Shown here piece after piece: positions 40,617-52,943 of a DNA stretch of 64,000 nucleotides. Within the stretch, counting starts at the first letter, position 1; every line of letters starts with the position of its first letter. The translations under genes were made by a program, and so were the position numbers. This stretch comes from Escherichia coli. GTDB taxonomy: Bacteria; Pseudomonadota; Gammaproteobacteria; Enterobacterales; Enterobacteriaceae. The notes below the pieces were generated by a model, which searched no databases, was not told the DNA's origin, and saw nothing but the letters and a program-made list of their open reading frames with translations. The stretch lies in the NCBI RefSeq assembly GCF_003790525.1, contig NZ_CP033635.1, one strand, 5' to 3'.

Positions 40617-40869
40617 CTGGCAAGTTTGCAGCCTGGTCGTGCAGGCCAAAAGCGAACGAATTTCAGACATCAGCACCCAACTGAACGCCTTTACCGGCTG
40701 TGAAGTTGCTGTCAGCGACGCGCCGAGCGGTCAGTTGATTGTGGTGGTGGAAGCAGAAGACAGCGAAACGCTGATCCAAACCATTGAGTCAGTACGCAAC
40801 GTAGAGGGCGTGCTGGCGGTGTCGCTGGTTTATCACCAGCAGGAAGAGCAAGGTGAGGAAACACCATGA
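40606..40869 (+). CDS. napD: NapA chaperone NapD, 87 aa
   Basis: K-12 length; overlaps napF and napA. Confidence 0.92.
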   Translation: MHTNWQVCSLVVQAKSERISDISTQLNAFTGCEVAVSDAPSGQLIVVVEAEDSETLIQTIESVRNVEGVLAVSLVYHQQEEQGEETP

Positions 40870-43352
40870 AACTCAGTCGTCGTAGCTTTATGAAAGCTAA
40901 CGCCGTTGCGGCCGCTGCGGCGGCTGCCGGTCTCAGCGTGCCGGGCGTTGCCCGCGCCGTTGTTGGTCAGCAGGAAGCCATTAAATGGGATAAAGCGCCG
41001 TGCCGTTTCTGCGGTACGGGTTGCGGCGTTCTGGTCGGAACGCAGCAGGGGCGTGTGGTGGCCTGTCAGGGCGACCCGGACGCACCGGTTAACCGTGGCC
41101 TGAACTGCATTAAGGGCTATTTCCTGCCCAAAATCATGTACGGTAAAGACCGTTTGACGCAGCCGCTGCTGCGTATGAAAAACGGTAAATATGACAAAGA
41201 AGGCGAATTTACCCCAATCACCTGGGATCAGGCCTTCGATGTGATGGAAGAGAAATTTAAGACTGCCCTGAAAGAAAAAGGGCCGGAATCGATCGGTATG
41301 TTCGGTTCTGGTCAGTGGACTATCTGGGAAGGTTATGCCGCGTCCAAGTTGTTCAAAGCGGGCTTCCGTTCGAACAACATCGACCCGAACGCGCGTCACT
41401 GTATGGCGTCGGCAGTAGTTGGCTTTATGCGTACCTTTGGTATGGATGAGCCGATGGGCTGCTACGACGACATCGAGCAGGCTGACGCGTTTGTGCTGTG
41501 GGGCGCAAACATGGCGGAGATGCACCCGATCCTCTGGTCGCGCATCACTAACCGTCGTCTCTCTAACCAGAACGTTACCGTGGCGGTGCTTTCTACCTAC
41601 CAGCATCGTAGCTTCGAGCTGGCGGATAACGGCATCATCTTTACGCCGCAATCTGACCTGGTGATCCTGAACTATATCGCCAACTATATCATTCAAAACA
41701 ATGCGATAAATCAGGACTTCTTCAGCAAACACGTTAACCTGCGCAAAGGGGCGACGGACATCGGCTACGGTTTACGTCCGACCCATCCGCTGGAAAAAGC
41801 AGCGAAGAATCCGGGTTCTGACGCCTCCGAACCGATGAGCTTTGAAGATTACAAAGCCTTCGTTGCTGAATATACGCTGGAAAAAACCGCCGAAATGACC
41901 GGCGTGCCGAAAGACCAGTTAGAACAACTGGCGCAGCTGTATGCCGATCCGAACAAGAAAGTCATCTCCTACTGGACGATGGGCTTCAACCAGCATACCC
42001 GTGGTGTGTGGGCCAACAACCTGGTCTACAACCTGCACCTGCTGACCGGCAAAATTTCCCAGCCGGGTTGCGGTCCGTTCTCCCTGACCGGGCAGCCTTC
42101 CGCGTGTGGTACTGCGCGTGAAGTGGGCACCTTTGCTCACCGTCTGCCTGCGGACATGGTGGTGACTAACGAGAAACATCGTGATATTTGCGAGAAGAAG
42201 TGGAATATCCCGAGTGGCACCATTCCGGCGAAAATCGGTCTGCACGCGGTGGCACAAGACCGTGCGCTGAAAGACGGCAAACTGAATGTTTACTGGACCA
42301 TGTGTACCAATAACATGCAGGCCGGACCGAACATTAATGAAGAGCGTATGCCGGGCTGGCGCGATCCGCGCAACTTTATCATCGTTTCCGATCCGTATCC
42401 GACGGTCAGTGCGCTGGCAGCGGACTTGATCCTGCCGACCGCAATGTGGGTAGAGAAAGAGGGCGCTTACGGTAATGCCGAACGCCGTACTCAGTTCTGG
42501 CGTCAGCAGGTACAGGCACCGGGTGAAGCGAAATCGGATCTCTGGCAGTTAGTTCAGTTCTCCCGCCGCTTCAAAACTGAAGAAGTGTGGCCGGAAGAGT
42601 TGCTGGCGAAGAAACCTGAACTGCGTGGCAAAACGCTGTATGAGGTTCTGTATGCCACTCCGGAAGTGAGCAAATTCCCGCTATCCGAACTGGCGGAAGA
42701 TCAGCTGAACGATGAATCCCGCGAGCTGGGCTTCTATCTGCAAAAAGGGCTGTTCGAAGAGTACGCATGGTTTGGTCGCGGTCACGGTCACGATCTCGCG
42801 CCGTTCGATGACTACCACAAAGCACGCGGTCTGCGCTGGCCGGTGGTGAACGGTAAAGAAACGCAGTGGCGTTACAGCGAAGGTAACGACCCGTACGTGA
42901 AAGCGGGCGAAGGCTACAAGTTCTACGGTAAACCGGATGGCAAAGCGGTGATCTTCGCGCTGCCGTTCGAACCTGCGGCGGAAGCACCGGATGAAGAGTA
43001 CGACCTGTGGCTCTCTACCGGACGCGTCCTGGAGCACTGGCATACCGGCAGTATGACTCGCCGTGTACCGGAACTGCACCGCGCCTTCCCTGAAGCGGTC
43101 CTGTTTATTCACCCGCTGGATGCGAAAGCGCGCGATCTGCGTCGTGGCGACAAAGTGAAAGTGGTTTCTCGCCGTGGCGAAGTGATCTCGATTGTCGAAA
43201 CGCGCGGCCGTAACCGTCCACCGCAGGGCCTGGTGTACATGCCGTTCTTCGACGCCGCACAGCTGGTTAACAAACTGACGCTGGACGCGACCGATCCGCT
43301 CTCGAAAGAGACGGACTTCAAGAAGTGCGCGGTCAAACTGGAGAAGGTGTAA
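40866..43352 (+). CDS. napA: Periplasmic nitrate reductase catalytic subunit NapA, 828 aa
   Basis: Tat signal ([19 protein letters not shown]), 4Fe-4S motif CRFCGTGC, molybdopterin oxidoreductase domains. Confidence 0.97.
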   Translation: MKLSRRSFMKANAVAAAAAAAGLSVPGVARAVVGQQEAIKWDKAPCRFCGTGCGVLVGTQQGRVVACQGDPDAPVNRGLNCIKGYFLPKIMYGKDRLTQPLLRMKNGKYDKEGEFTPITWDQAFDVMEEKFKTALKEKGPESIGMFGSGQWTIWEGYAASKLFKAGFRSNNIDPNARHCMASAVVGFMRTFGMDEPMGCYDDIEQADAFVLWGANMAEMHPILWSRITNRRLSNQNVTVAVLSTYQHRSFELADNGIIFTPQSDLVILNYIANYIIQNNAINQDFFSKHVNLRKGATDIGYGLRPTHPLEKAAKNPGSDASEPMSFEDYKAFVAEYTLEKTAEMTGVPKDQLEQLAQLYADPNKKVISYWTMGFNQHTRGVWANNLVYNLHLLTGKISQPGCGPFSLTGQPSACGTAREVGTFAHRLPADMVVTNEKHRDICEKKWNIPSGTIPAKIGLHAVAQDRALKDGKLNVYWTMCTNNMQAGPNINEERMPGWRDPRNFIIVSDPYPTVSALAADLILPTAMWVEKEGAYGNAERRTQFWRQQVQAPGEAKSDLWQLVQFSRRFKTEEVWPEELLAKKPELRGKTLYEVLYATPEVSKFPLSELAEDQLNDESRELGFYLQKGLFEEYAWFGRGHGHDLAPFDDYHKARGLRWPVVNGKETQWRYSEGNDPYVKAGEGYKFYGKPDGKAVIFALPFEPAAEAPDEEYDLWLSTGRVLEHWHTGSMTRRVPELHRAFPEAVLFIHPLDAKARDLRRGDKVKVVSRRGEVISIVETRGRNRPPQGLVYMPFFDAAQLVNKLTLDATDPLSKETDFKKCAVKLEKV

Positions 43353-43358
43353 GCCATT

Positions 43359-44054
43359 ATGTCCCGGTCAGCGAAACCTCAAAATGGTCGCCGCCGCTTT
43401 CTGCGCGATGTCGTTCGCACAGCAGGCGGGCTGGCTGCCGTGGGTGTGGCGCTGGGGTTACAACAGCAAACCGCACGCGCATCTGGTGTGCGGTTGCGCC
43501 CGCCCGGAGCCATAAACGAGAACGCCTTTGCCAGTGCCTGTGTGCGTTGCGGTCAGTGTGTTCAGGCTTGCCCTTACGACACCTTAAAACTGGCGACGCT
43601 GGCTTCTGGCCTGTCGGCGGGCACGCCATATTTTGTTGCGCGGGATATTCCTTGCGAAATGTGTGAGGACATTCCGTGCGCCAAAGTGTGCCCGAGCGGT
43701 GCGCTGGATCGTGAGATCGAATCGATCGACGACGCGCGGATGGGGCTGGCGGTGCTGGTGGACCAGGAAAACTGTCTCAACTTTCAGGGGCTGCGCTGCG
43801 ATGTTTGTTATCGCGAATGCCCGAAAATTGATGAGGCCATCACCCTGGAGCTGGAGCGCAACACGCGTACCGGTAAGCACGCCCGCTTTCTGCCGACGGT
43901 TCACAGCGACGCCTGTACCGGTTGCGGTAAGTGCGAAAAAGTGTGCGTGCTGGAACAACCGGCAATCAAGGTGTTACCGCTGTCACTAGCGAAAGGGGAG
44001 TTAGGTCACCATTACCGCTTCGGCTGGCTGGAGGGGAACAATGGCAAATCGTAA
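43359..44054 (+). CDS. napG: Ferredoxin-type protein NapG, 231 aa
   Basis: Tat-like N-terminus (RRRFLR) and four Cys clusters. Confidence 0.94.
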
Positions 44055-44904
44055 ACGTGACGCCGGGCGCGAGGCGCTGGAGAAAAAAGGCTGGTGGCGC
44101 AGTCACCGTTGGTTAGTGTTACGTCGCCTTTGTCAGTTCTTCGTGCTGGGGATGTTTTTGAGCGGTCCGTGGTTTGGTGTGTGGATCTTGCACGGCAACT
44201 ACAGCAGTAGCCTGTTATTCGACACCGTTCCGCTGACCGATCCGCTGATGACGCTGCAAAGCCTTGCCAGCGGTCATCTGCCTGCCACGGTAGCACTGAC
44301 TGGTGCGGTAATTATCACCGTGCTCTACGCCCTGGCAGGAAAGCGATTATTTTGCAGCTGGGTCTGCCCGCTGAACCCGATTACCGACTTAGCGAACTGG
44401 TTACGCAGGCGCTTTGACCTCAATCAGTCTGCGACGATCCCTCGCCACATTCGCTACGTGCTGTTGGTGGTCATTCTGCTGGGATCGGCCTTAACCGGCA
44501 CGCTCATCTGGGAATGGATCAACCCCGTTTCCCTGATGGGGCGCAGCCTGGTAATGGGCTTCGGTAGCGGCGCGCTGCTTATTCTCGCGCTGTTTTTATT
44601 TGATCTACTGGTCGTTGAACACGGCTGGTGCGGTCACATTTGTCCGGTTGGCGCGCTGTATGGCGTACTGGGTAGCAAAGGTGTGATTACCGTTGCGGCC
44701 AGCGATCGGCAGAAATGTAACCGCTGTATGGATTGTTTTCATGTTTGCCCGGAACCGCATGTGCTACGTGCCCCGGTGCTGGATGAACAAAGCCCGGTGC
44801 AGGTCACCAGCCGCGATTGCATGACGTGCGGTCGCTGCGTGGATGTCTGTTCTGAGGATGTATTTACAATAACTACACGATGGAGTTCGGGAGCGAAATC
44901 ATGA
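44041..44904 (+). CDS. napH: Membrane-bound ferredoxin-type protein NapH, 287 aa
   Basis: Transmembrane helices plus C-terminal CxxCxxC clusters. Confidence 0.94.
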
Positions 44905-45350
44905 AAAGCCATGACCTGAAGAAAGCGCTGTGTCAATGGACGGCGATGCTGGCCCTGGTGGTGAGCGGCGCGGTTTGGGCGGCTAATGGCGTCGATTTTA
45001 GCCAGTCGCCGGAAGTATCCGGGACGCAGGAAGGGGCCATTCGGATGCCAAAAGAGCAGGAACGGATGCCGCTGAACTATGTGAATCAGCCGCCAATGAT
45101 CCCGCATAGCGTTGAAGGTTATCAGGTAACGACCAATACCAACCGCTGCTTGCAGTGCCACGGTGTCGAAAGCTATCGCACCACTGGCGCGCCGCGCATC
45201 AGTCCTACTCACTTTATGGACAGCGACGGCAAAGTGGGCGCGGAAGTGGCTCCGCGTCGTTATTTCTGTCTGCAATGTCACGTACCGCAGGCCGATACCG
45301 CGCCAATCGTGGGGAATACCTTTACCCCATCAAAAGGTTACGGGAAATAA
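44901..45350 (+). CDS. napB: Periplasmic nitrate reductase di-heme cytochrome c subunit NapB, 149 aa
   Basis: Start at MKSHDLKK overlapping the napH stop; two CxxCH motifs (CLQCH). Confidence 0.94.
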   Translation: MKSHDLKKALCQWTAMLALVVSGAVWAANGVDFSQSPEVSGTQEGAIRMPKEQERMPLNYVNQPPMIPHSVEGYQVTTNTNRCLQCHGVESYRTTGAPRISPTHFMDSDGKVGAEVAPRRYFCLQCHVPQADTAPIVGNTFTPSKGYGK

Positions 45351-45359
45351 GAGGTTATT

Positions 45360-45962
45360 ATGGGAAATTCTGACCGTAAGCCTGGTCTGATTAAGCGCCT
45401 GTGGAAATGGTGGCGTACCCCCAGCCGTTTGGCGCTGGGGACGCTACTGTTGATCGGTTTTGTCGGCGGCATCGTCTTCTGGGGCGGCTTTAACACCGGG
45501 ATGGAAAAAGCCAATACCGAAGAGTTCTGCATTAGCTGCCACGAAATGCGTAACACGGTGTATCAGGAATACATGGATTCCGTGCACTACAACAACCGTA
45601 GCGGCGTTCGTGCGACCTGTCCGGATTGTCACGTTCCGCACGAGTTTGTGCCGAAGATGATACGCAAGCTCAAAGCAAGTAAAGAGCTGTATGGTAAAAT
45701 TTTTGGCGTTATTGACACGCCGCAGAAATTTGAAGCTCATCGCCTGACGATGGCACAGAATGAGTGGCGGCGCATGAAGGACAATAACTCGCAGGAGTGC
45801 CGTAACTGTCACAACTTCGAGTATATGGATACAACCGCCCAGAAATCGGTTGCCGCGAAGATGCATGACCAGGCGGTGAAAGATGGGCAAACCTGTATTG
45901 ATTGCCATAAAGGGATAGCGCACAAGCTGCCCGATATGCGCGAAGTCGAGCCAGGTTTTTAA
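45360..45962 (+). CDS. napC: Tetraheme cytochrome c NapC (NapC/NirT family), 200 aa
   Basis: Four CxxCH motifs (CISCH, CPDCH, CRNCH, CIDCH); N-terminal membrane anchor. Confidence 0.95.
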   Translation: MGNSDRKPGLIKRLWKWWRTPSRLALGTLLLIGFVGGIVFWGGFNTGMEKANTEEFCISCHEMRNTVYQEYMDSVHYNNRSGVRATCPDCHVPHEFVPKMIRKLKASKELYGKIFGVIDTPQKFEAHRLTMAQNEWRRMKDNNSQECRNCHNFEYMDTTAQKSVAAKMHDQAVKDGQTCIDCHKGIAHKLPDMREVEPGF

Positions 45963-45974
45963 CAGGGTTATTGC

Positions 45975-46598
45975 GTGGGTATGCTTGAAGCCAGAGAGTT
46001 ACTTTGCGAGCGGGATGAACGAACCTTATTTAGTGGCTTGTCATTTACGCTGAACGCAGGAGAGTGGGTACAAATCACCGGTAGCAACGGCGCGGGGAAG
46101 ACAACGCTTCTCCGTTTGCTGACGGGGTTGTCTCGCCCTGATGCGGGTGACGTTCTCTGGCAAGGGCAGCCCTTGCATCAGGTACGCGACAGCTACCATC
46201 AAAACCTGTTATGGATAGGCCATCAGCCGGGGATCAAAACCCGGCTGACGGCGTTAGAAAATCTGCACTTTTATCATCGCGATGGCGATACCGCACAATG
46301 TCTGGAAGCCCTGGCGCAGGCTGGGCTTGCCGGATTCGAAGATATTCCGGTAAATCAACTTTCTGCCGGGCAACAACGCCGCGTCGCTTTAGCGCGTCTG
46401 TGGCTGACCCGTGCCACGTTATGGATCCTCGACGAGCCTTTTACCGCGATTGACGTTAACGGCGTCGATCGTCTGACCCAGCGTATGGCGCAGCATACGG
46501 AGCAGGGGGGGACTGTGATTCTGACTACCCACCAGCCGCTCAACGTTGCTGAAAGTAAAATTCGCCGCATTTCACTGACGCAAACGGGGGCCGCATGA
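45975..46598 (+). CDS. ccmA: Heme exporter ATP-binding protein CcmA, 207 aa
   Basis: Walker [13 protein letters not shown] signature LSAGQQRR. Confidence 0.95.
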   Translation: MGMLEARELLCERDERTLFSGLSFTLNAGEWVQITGSNGAGKTTLLRLLTGLSRPDAGDVLWQGQPLHQVRDSYHQNLLWIGHQPGIKTRLTALENLHFYHRDGDTAQCLEALAQAGLAGFEDIPVNQLSAGQQRRVALARLWLTRATLWILDEPFTAIDVNGVDRLTQRMAQHTEQGGTVILTTHQPLNVAESKIRRISLTQTGAA

Positions 46599-47257
46599 TG
46601 TTCTGGCGCATTTTCCGTCTTGAGCTGCGCGTGGCGTTTCGCCACAGCGCCGAAATCGCCAACCCGCTGTGGTTCTTCCTGATTGTCATTACCCTTTTTC
46701 CGCTCAGTATCGGTCCGGAGCCGCAACTGCTGGCGCGTATTGCACCGGGCATTATCTGGGTTGCCGCGCTGCTTTCATCCTTGCTGGCACTCGAGCGACT
46801 GTTCCGTGACGATTTGCAGGACGGCAGTCTTGAACAATTGATGTTGTTGCCGTTACCCTTGCCCGCCGTTGTGCTGGCGAAGGTGATGGCGCACTGGATG
46901 GTAACCGGTCTGCCGTTACTCATCCTTTCGCCCCTGGTAGCAATGCTACTGGGAATGGATGTTTATGGCTGGCAAGTGATGGCGCTGACGCTGCTGCTGG
47001 GAACGCCTACGCTTGGCTTTCTCGGTGCACCGGGCGTGGCGCTGACAGTGGGACTTAAGCGCGGTGGTGTGCTGCTCAGCATACTGGTGTTACCGCTGAC
47101 TATCCCATTACTCATCTTTGCCACCGCCGCGATGGACGCGGCTTCTATGCATTTGCCCGTTGATGGGTATCTGGCAATTTTAGGCGCGTTGCTGGCAGGC
47201 ACCGCGACATTAAGTCCTTTTGCGACGGCGGCAGCGTTACGAATCAGCATTCAATAA
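46595..47257 (+). CDS. ccmB: Heme exporter membrane protein CcmB, 220 aa
   Basis: K-12 length; polytopic; overlaps ccmA. Confidence 0.94.
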
Positions 47258-47298
47258 CGCTGGATTACTGATTTTTGTTCGAGTCTGGTATCGAAACT

Positions 47299-48036
47299 AT
47301 GTGGAAAACACTGCATCAACTGGCGATCCCACCACGGCTGTATCAAATCTGTGGCTGGTTTATACCGTGGCTGGCAATTGCCAGTGTGGTCGTGCTTACC
47401 GTCGGCTGGATCTGGGGATTCGGCTTTGCTCCGGCTGATTATCAGCAGGGAAATAGCTACCGCATTATCTACCTGCATGTGCCTGCGGCGATCTGGTCGA
47501 TGGGCATTTATGCATCAATGGCGGTGGCGGCGTTTATTGGCCTTGTCTGGCAGATGAAAATGGCCAACCTGGCGGTGGCGGCGATGGCCCCCATTGGTGC
47601 CGTGTTTACCTTTATTGCCCTGGTTACCGGCTCTGCATGGGGAAAACCGATGTGGGGCACCTGGTGGGTATGGGATGCACGTCTGACTTCTGAACTGGTG
47701 CTGCTGTTTTTGTATGTGGGTGTGATTGCCCTGTGGCACGCCTTCGACGACCGCCGTCTGGCGGGCCGTGCGGCAGGTATCCTGGTGCTGATTGGCGTGG
47801 TGAATCTGCCGATTATTCATTACTCCGTGGAGTGGTGGAACACCCTGCACCAGGGATCAACGCGGATGCAGCAAAGTATCGATCCGGCGATGCGTTCGCC
47901 GCTGCGCTGGTCGATTTTTGGCTTCCTGCTCCTGTCTGCCACGCTGACGCTGATGCGGATGCGTAATTTGATTTTGCTGATGGAAAAACGCCGTCCGTGG
48001 GTGAGTGAACTGATACTGAAAAGAGGCCGTAAATGA
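47299..48036 (+). CDS. ccmC: Heme exporter protein CcmC, 245 aa
   Basis: Start at MWKTLHQ; W-rich motif WGxxWxWD. Confidence 0.94.
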   Translation: MWKTLHQLAIPPRLYQICGWFIPWLAIASVVVLTVGWIWGFGFAPADYQQGNSYRIIYLHVPAAIWSMGIYASMAVAAFIGLVWQMKMANLAVAAMAPIGAVFTFIALVTGSAWGKPMWGTWWVWDARLTSELVLLFLYVGVIALWHAFDDRRLAGRAAGILVLIGVVNLPIIHYSVEWWNTLHQGSTRMQQSIDPAMRSPLRWSIFGFLLLSATLTLMRMRNLILLMEKRRPWVSELILKRGRK

Positions 48037-48242
48037 CCCCTGCATTTGCTTCCTGGAATGAATTTTTCGCAATGGGCGGTTACGCCTTTTTTGTCTGGCT
48101 GGCGGTGGTGATGACCGTCATTCCGCTGGTGGTTTTGGTCGTGCACTCGGTGATGCAGCATCGCGCAATTCTGCGTGGCGTGGCGCAACAGCGGGCGCGT
48201 GAGGCGCGTTTACGTGCTGCGCAACAGCAGGAGGCTGCATGA
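48033..48242 (+). CDS. ccmD: Heme exporter protein CcmD, 69 aa
   Basis: Small membrane protein; overlaps ccmC and ccmE. Confidence 0.9.
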   Translation: MTPAFASWNEFFAMGGYAFFVWLAVVMTVIPLVVLVVHSVMQHRAILRGVAQQRAREARLRAAQQQEAA

Positions 48243-48718
48243 ATATTCGCCGTAAAAACCGCTTGTGGATTGCCTGTGCCGTGTTGGCGGGGCTGGCGCT
48301 GACTATCGGTCTGGTGCTATATGCGCTGCGCTCGAATATCGATCTCTTTTATACGCCGGGGGAAATTCTCTACGGCAAGCGTGAAACTCAGCAAATGCCG
48401 GAAGTCGGTCAGCGTCTGCGCGTTGGCGGGATGGTGATGCCGGGTAGTGTGCAGCGCGATCCCAATTCGCTAAAAGTAACTTTCACCATTTACGACGCTG
48501 AAGGTTCAGTAGATGTCTCTTACGAAGGCATTTTGCCGGATCTGTTCCGTGAAGGGCAGGGCGTTGTGGTGCAGGGCGAACTGGAAGAAGGCAATCATAT
48601 CCTCGCGAAAGAAGTGCTGGCGAAACACGATGAAAACTACACGCCGCCAGAAGTTGAGAAAGCGATGGAAGCCAATCACCGTCGCCCGGCGAGTGTTTAT
48701 AAGGACCCAGCATCATGA
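48239..48718 (+). CDS. ccmE: Cytochrome c-type biogenesis heme chaperone CcmE, 159 aa
   Basis: K-12 length; N-terminal anchor; conserved heme-binding His region. Confidence 0.94.
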   Translation: MNIRRKNRLWIACAVLAGLALTIGLVLYALRSNIDLFYTPGEILYGKRETQQMPEVGQRLRVGGMVMPGSVQRDPNSLKVTFTIYDAEGSVDVSYEGILPDLFREGQGVVVQGELEEGNHILAKEVLAKHDENYTPPEVEKAMEANHRRPASVYKDPAS

Positions 48719-50658
48719 TGCCGGAAATTGGTAACGGGCTGCTGTGTCTGGCGCTAGGAATTGCGCTGCTGCTGTCCGTGTATCCGCTATGGGGCGTAGC
48801 GCGCGGAGATGCGCGCATGATGGCATCTTCCCGCTTGTTTGCCTGGCTGCTGTTTATGTCTGTGGCTGGCGCATTTCTGGTACTGGTCAATGCCTTCGTG
48901 GTCAACGACTTCACCGTCACCTATGTTGCCAGCAACTCCAATACCCAGCTTCCGGTGTGGTATCGCGTGGCGGCCACCTGGGGCGCGCATGAAGGCTCGC
49001 TCCTGCTGTGGGTGCTGCTGATGAGCGGCTGGACCTTTGCGGTAGCGATTTTTAGTCAGCGTATTCCGCTGGATATTGTGGCCCGCGTACTGGCGATAAT
49101 GGGGATGGTCAGCGTCGGCTTTTTGCTGTTCATTCTCTTTACCTCTAACCCGTTCTCACGCACGTTGCCGAACTTCCCGATTGAAGGTCGCGATCTTAAC
49201 CCGCTGTTACAGGATCCGGGGCTGATCTTCCATCCGCCTCTGCTTTATATGGGGTACGTCGGCTTCTCGGTGGCGTTTGCTTTTGCCATTGCTTCTTTGT
49301 TGAGCGGGCGTCTGGACAGCACTTATGCGCGTTTTACTCGTCCGTGGACGCTGGCGGCGTGGATCTTCTTGACGCTCGGCATTGTGCTCGGTTCCGCATG
49401 GGCCTATTACGAACTCGGCTGGGGCGGCTGGTGGTTCTGGGATCCGGTAGAAAACGCCTCGTTTATGCCGTGGCTGGTGGGGACTGCGCTGATGCACTCA
49501 CTGGCGGTCACTGAACAACGCGCCAGCTTCAAAGCGTGGACATTACTGCTGGCAATCAGTGCCTTCTCGTTGTGTCTGCTGGGGACTTTCCTGGTGCGTT
49601 CCGGCGTGCTGGTATCGGTACACGCGTTTGCCTCTGATCCGGCACGCGGTATGTTTATCCTCGCCTTTATGGTACTGGTGATTGGTGGTTCGCTGCTGCT
49701 GTTTGCCGCGCGTGGACACAAAGTTCGCTCACGCGTAAACAATGCGCTGTGGTCGCGGGAATCTCTGCTGTTAGCGAACAACGTTTTGCTGGTCGCCGCG
49801 ATGCTGGTGGTGTTGCTGGGGACGCTGCTGCCGCTGGTGCACAAGCAACTGGGACTGGGCAGTATTTCGATTGGCGAACCGTTCTTCAACACCATGTTTA
49901 CCTGGCTGATGGTGCCGTTTGCGCTGCTGCTTGGTGTCGGTCCTCTGGTGCGCTGGGGGCGCGATCGCCCACGTAAAATCCGCAATTTGTTGATTATCGC
50001 CTTCATCTCTACGCTGGTGCTGTCGCTGCTGTTGCCGTGGCTGTTCGAAAGCAAAGTGGTGGCGATGACGGTGCTCGGCCTGGCAATGGCCTGCTGGATT
50101 GCGGTGCTGGCAATTGCGGAAGCTGCGCTGCGTATTTCACGCGGCACGAAAACCACCTTCAGTTATTGGGGAATGGTGGCGGCTCACCTGGGGCTGGCAG
50201 TGACAATTGTTGGTATTGCCTTTAGCCAGAACTATAGCGTTGAGCGTGATGTGCGCATGAAGTCCGGCGATAGTGTCGATATCCATGAATATCGCTTCAC
50301 CTTCCGTGATGTCAAAGAGGTGACTGGCCCGAACTGGCGTGGCGGTGTGGCGACTATCGGCGTAACGCGCGATGGCAAGCCGGAAACGGTGCTGTATGCG
50401 GAAAAACGTTATTACAACACTGCCGGGTCGATGATGACCGAAGCGGCGATTGACGGCGGCATCACGCGTGACCTGTACGCCGCGCTCGGTGAAGAGCTGG
50501 AAAACGGCGCGTGGGCCGTGCGTCTTTACTACAAACCGTTTGTTCGCTGGATTTGGGCGGGCGGGCTGATGATGGCGTTGGGCGGACTGCTGTGTCTGTT
50601 TGATCCTCGCTATCGTAAGCGCGTGAGTCCGCAAAAAACTGCGCCGGAGGCTGTATGA
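48715..50658 (+). CDS. ccmF: Cytochrome c-type biogenesis protein CcmF, 647 aa
   Basis: Large polytopic membrane protein with W-rich motif ([12 protein letters not shown]). Confidence 0.95.
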   Translation: MMPEIGNGLLCLALGIALLLSVYPLWGVARGDARMMASSRLFAWLLFMSVAGAFLVLVNAFVVNDFTVTYVASNSNTQLPVWYRVAATWGAHEGSLLLWVLLMSGWTFAVAIFSQRIPLDIVARVLAIMGMVSVGFLLFILFTSNPFSRTLPNFPIEGRDLNPLLQDPGLIFHPPLLYMGYVGFSVAFAFAIASLLSGRLDSTYARFTRPWTLAAWIFLTLGIVLGSAWAYYELGWGGWWFWDPVENASFMPWLVGTALMHSLAVTEQRASFKAWTLLLAISAFSLCLLGTFLVRSGVLVSVHAFASDPARGMFILAFMVLVIGGSLLLFAARGHKVRSRVNNALWSRESLLLANNVLLVAAMLVVLLGTLLPLVHKQLGLGSISIGEPFFNTMFTWLMVPFALLLGVGPLVRWGRDRPRKIRNLLIIAFISTLVLSLLLPWLFESKVVAMTVLGLAMACWIAVLAIAEAALRISRGTKTTFSYWGMVAAHLGLAVTIVGIAFSQNYSVERDVRMKSGDSVDIHEYRFTFRDVKEVTGPNWRGGVATIGVTRDGKPETVLYAEKRYYNTAGSMMTEAAIDGGITRDLYAALGEELENGAWAVRLYYKPFVRWIWAGGLMMALGGLLCLFDPRYRKRVSPQKTAPEAV

Positions 50659-51212
50659 AGCGCAAAGTATTGTTAATTCCGTTGATTATCTTCCTGGCGA
50701 TTGCCGCGGCGCTGCTGTGGCAGCTGGCGCGTAATGCCGAAGGGGATGATCCGACCAATCTGGAATCGGCGCTCATTGGCAAGCCAGTGCCGAAGTTTCG
50801 CCTCGAATCACTGGACAATCCGGGGCAGTTTTATCAGGCGGATGTGCTGACTCAGGGCAAACCTGTGCTGCTTAACGTCTGGGCGACCTGGTGTCCGACC
50901 TGCCGTGCGGAACATCAATATCTGAATCAGCTTTCTGCGCAGGGCATTCGCGTGGTCGGCATGAACTATAAAGACGATCGCCAGAAGGCAATCAGCTGGC
51001 TGAAAGAGCTGGGCAATCCTTACGCACTAAGCCTGTTTGATGGCGACGGCATGTTAGGGCTGGATCTCGGTGTCTATGGCGCGCCAGAAACGTTCCTCAT
51101 CGACGGCAACGGCATCATTCGCTATCGCCATGCGGGCGATCTCAATCCTCGCGTCTGGGAAGAAGAGATCAAGCCGCTGTGGGAGAAATACAGTAAGGAG
51201 GCCGCACAATGA
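50655..51212 (+). CDS. ccmG: Thiol:disulfide interchange protein CcmG/DsbE, 185 aa
   Basis: Thioredoxin motif WCPTC. Confidence 0.95.
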   Translation: MKRKVLLIPLIIFLAIAAALLWQLARNAEGDDPTNLESALIGKPVPKFRLESLDNPGQFYQADVLTQGKPVLLNVWATWCPTCRAEHQYLNQLSAQGIRVVGMNYKDDRQKAISWLKELGNPYALSLFDGDGMLGLDLGVYGAPETFLIDGNGIIRYRHAGDLNPRVWEEEIKPLWEKYSKEAAQ

Positions 51213-52261
51213 GGTTTTTATTGGGCGTGCTGATGCTGATGATCTCCGGCTCAGCGCTGGCGACCATCGACGTGTTGCAGTTTAAGGATGAAGCGCAGGA
51301 GCAGCAGTTCCGCCAACTCACTGAAGAACTACGCTGCCCGAAATGCCAGAACAACAGCATTGCCGATTCCAACTCGATGATTGCCACCGACCTGCGCCAG
51401 AAAGTGTATGAACTGATGCAGGAAGGTAAAAGTAAGAAAGAGATTGTCGATTATATGGTGGCGCGTTACGGCAACTTCGTCACTTACGATCCGCCGTTAA
51501 CGCCGCTGACCGTGCTGCTGTGGGTGCTTCCGGTAGTGGCTATTGGCATTGGCGGTTGGGTCATTTACGCCCGTTCGCGGCGTCGGGTACGCGTGGTGCC
51601 GGACGCGTTTCCTGAACAAAGCGTGCCGGAAGGTAAGCGTGCCGGATATATTGTTTATCTGCCGGGTATTGTGGTGGCGTTAATTGTGGCTGGCGTCAGC
51701 TACTACCAGACGGGCAATTATCAGCAGGTGAAAATCTGGCAGCAGGCCACGGCACAGGCTCCGGCGTTACTGGACAGGGCGCTGGATCCGAAAGCCGATC
51801 CGCTCAACGAAGAAGAGATGTCGCGCCTGGCGCTGGGGATGCGTACTCAACTGCAAAAAAATCCGGGAGATATAGAAGGCTGGATTATGTTGGGCCGCGT
51901 TGGCATGGCGCTGGGTAACGCCAGTATTGCCACCGATGCATACGCTACTGCATATCGCCTCGATCCGAAGAACAGTGATGCGGCGCTCGGATACGCTGAA
52001 GCGTTGACACGTTCATCTGATCCCAACGACAACCGCCTGGGTGGTGAACTGCTACGCCAGTTGGTGAGAACTGACCACAGCAATATCCGTGTGTTAAGCA
52101 TGTATGCGTTTAATGCCTTTGAGCAGCAGCGATTTGGCGAAGCCGTTGCCGCGTGGGAGATGATGTTGAAACTCTTACCTGCCAATGATACTCGCCGTGC
52201 GGTGATTGAACGTAGTATCGCGCAGGCGATGCAACATTTGTCGCCGCAGGAGAGTAAATAA
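51209..52261 (+). CDS. ccmH: Cytochrome c-type biogenesis protein CcmH, 350 aa
   Basis: LRCPKC motif; membrane anchor; C-terminal TPR-like region. Confidence 0.94.
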   Translation: MRFLLGVLMLMISGSALATIDVLQFKDEAQEQQFRQLTEELRCPKCQNNSIADSNSMIATDLRQKVYELMQEGKSKKEIVDYMVARYGNFVTYDPPLTPLTVLLWVLPVVAIGIGGWVIYARSRRRVRVVPDAFPEQSVPEGKRAGYIVYLPGIVVALIVAGVSYYQTGNYQQVKIWQQATAQAPALLDRALDPKADPLNEEEMSRLALGMRTQLQKNPGDIEGWIMLGRVGMALGNASIATDAYATAYRLDPKNSDAALGYAEALTRSSDPNDNRLGGELLRQLVRTDHSNIRVLSMYAFNAFEQQRFGEAVAAWEMMLKLLPANDTRRAVIERSIAQAMQHLSPQESK

Positions 52262-52265
52262 AAAG

Positions 52266-52297
52266 AGGCCCGATGGTGATGCCATCGGGCTATTTTT
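52266..52297. terminator. Bidirectional rho-independent terminator between ccmH and narP
   Basis: Stem gcccgatgg / ccatcgggc followed by tattttt; overlaps the narP stop. Confidence 0.7.
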
Positions 52298-52943
52298 ATT
52301 GTGCCCCGCGTTGTTGCAGGAACAGAATGGTGGCCGCCACGCGTGAGCGGACATTGAGTTTACGCAGCAGATTGCGAATGTGTACTTTTACTGTCTGCTC
52401 GGAAATATTCAACACCGAGGCAATCTGTTTATTTGACAGCCCCTGTGCCAGCTCGTGCAGAACATCCAGCTCGCGCTCCGTCAGCACGCTGAAGGGATCT
52501 TCTTCTGCGCCAAACATTTCACGTTCACGTAAGTACTGATTGACGCGTTCGCTAAAGACTTTGCTGCCTTTCGCTCCGGCACGAATCGCTTCCAGCAACA
52601 CTTCCGGGTCGCTGTCTTTCAACAGATAACCGTCTGCGCCTGCGTCTATCAGCGCAAAGACATCGCTGGAGGCATCTGATACGGTCAGGATAATAATTTG
52701 CGCGGTAACGCCATCCCTGCGCAAGGCATTGAGGGTATCCAGGCCACTCATACCTTTCATATTGAGATCCAGTAAGATCACGTCGATATCCAGCCTATTC
52801 GCCAGATCGATCGCGCTCGCGCCGTCGCCCGCTTCGGCGACCACTTCAAAGCCAGGATCAAGCTCCAGTAACTGACGAACACCGCGTCGCATAAGTGGAT
52901 GATCATCCACAATCATCACCTGAAAAGGCGTTGCTTCAGGCAT
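52296..52943 (-). CDS. narP: Nitrate/nitrite response regulator NarP, 215 aa
   Basis: Start at MPEATPFQ; receiver plus LuxR-type HTH. Confidence 0.95.
   Translation of the reverse strand: MPEATPFQVMIVDDHPLMRRGVRQLLELDPGFEVVAEAGDGASAIDLANRLDIDVILLDLNMKGMSGLDTLNALRRDGVTAQIIILTVSDASSDVFALIDAGADGYLLKDSDPEVLLEAIRAGAKGSKVFSERVNQYLREREMFGAEEDPFSVLTERELDVLHELAQGLSNKQIASVLNISEQTVKVHIRNLLRKLNVRSRVAATILFLQQRGAQ

Noticed and set aside
40833-41732. 299-aa minus-strand ORF overlapping napD/napA
   Set aside because: Antisense to the well-supported napA; no independent evidence.
49407-50156. 249-aa minus-strand ORF inside ccmF (and similar antisense ORFs in yfaS, yejO, rcsD, yejM)
   Set aside because: Shadow ORFs opposite long coding regions with biased composition; the sense-strand genes fully account for the DNA.
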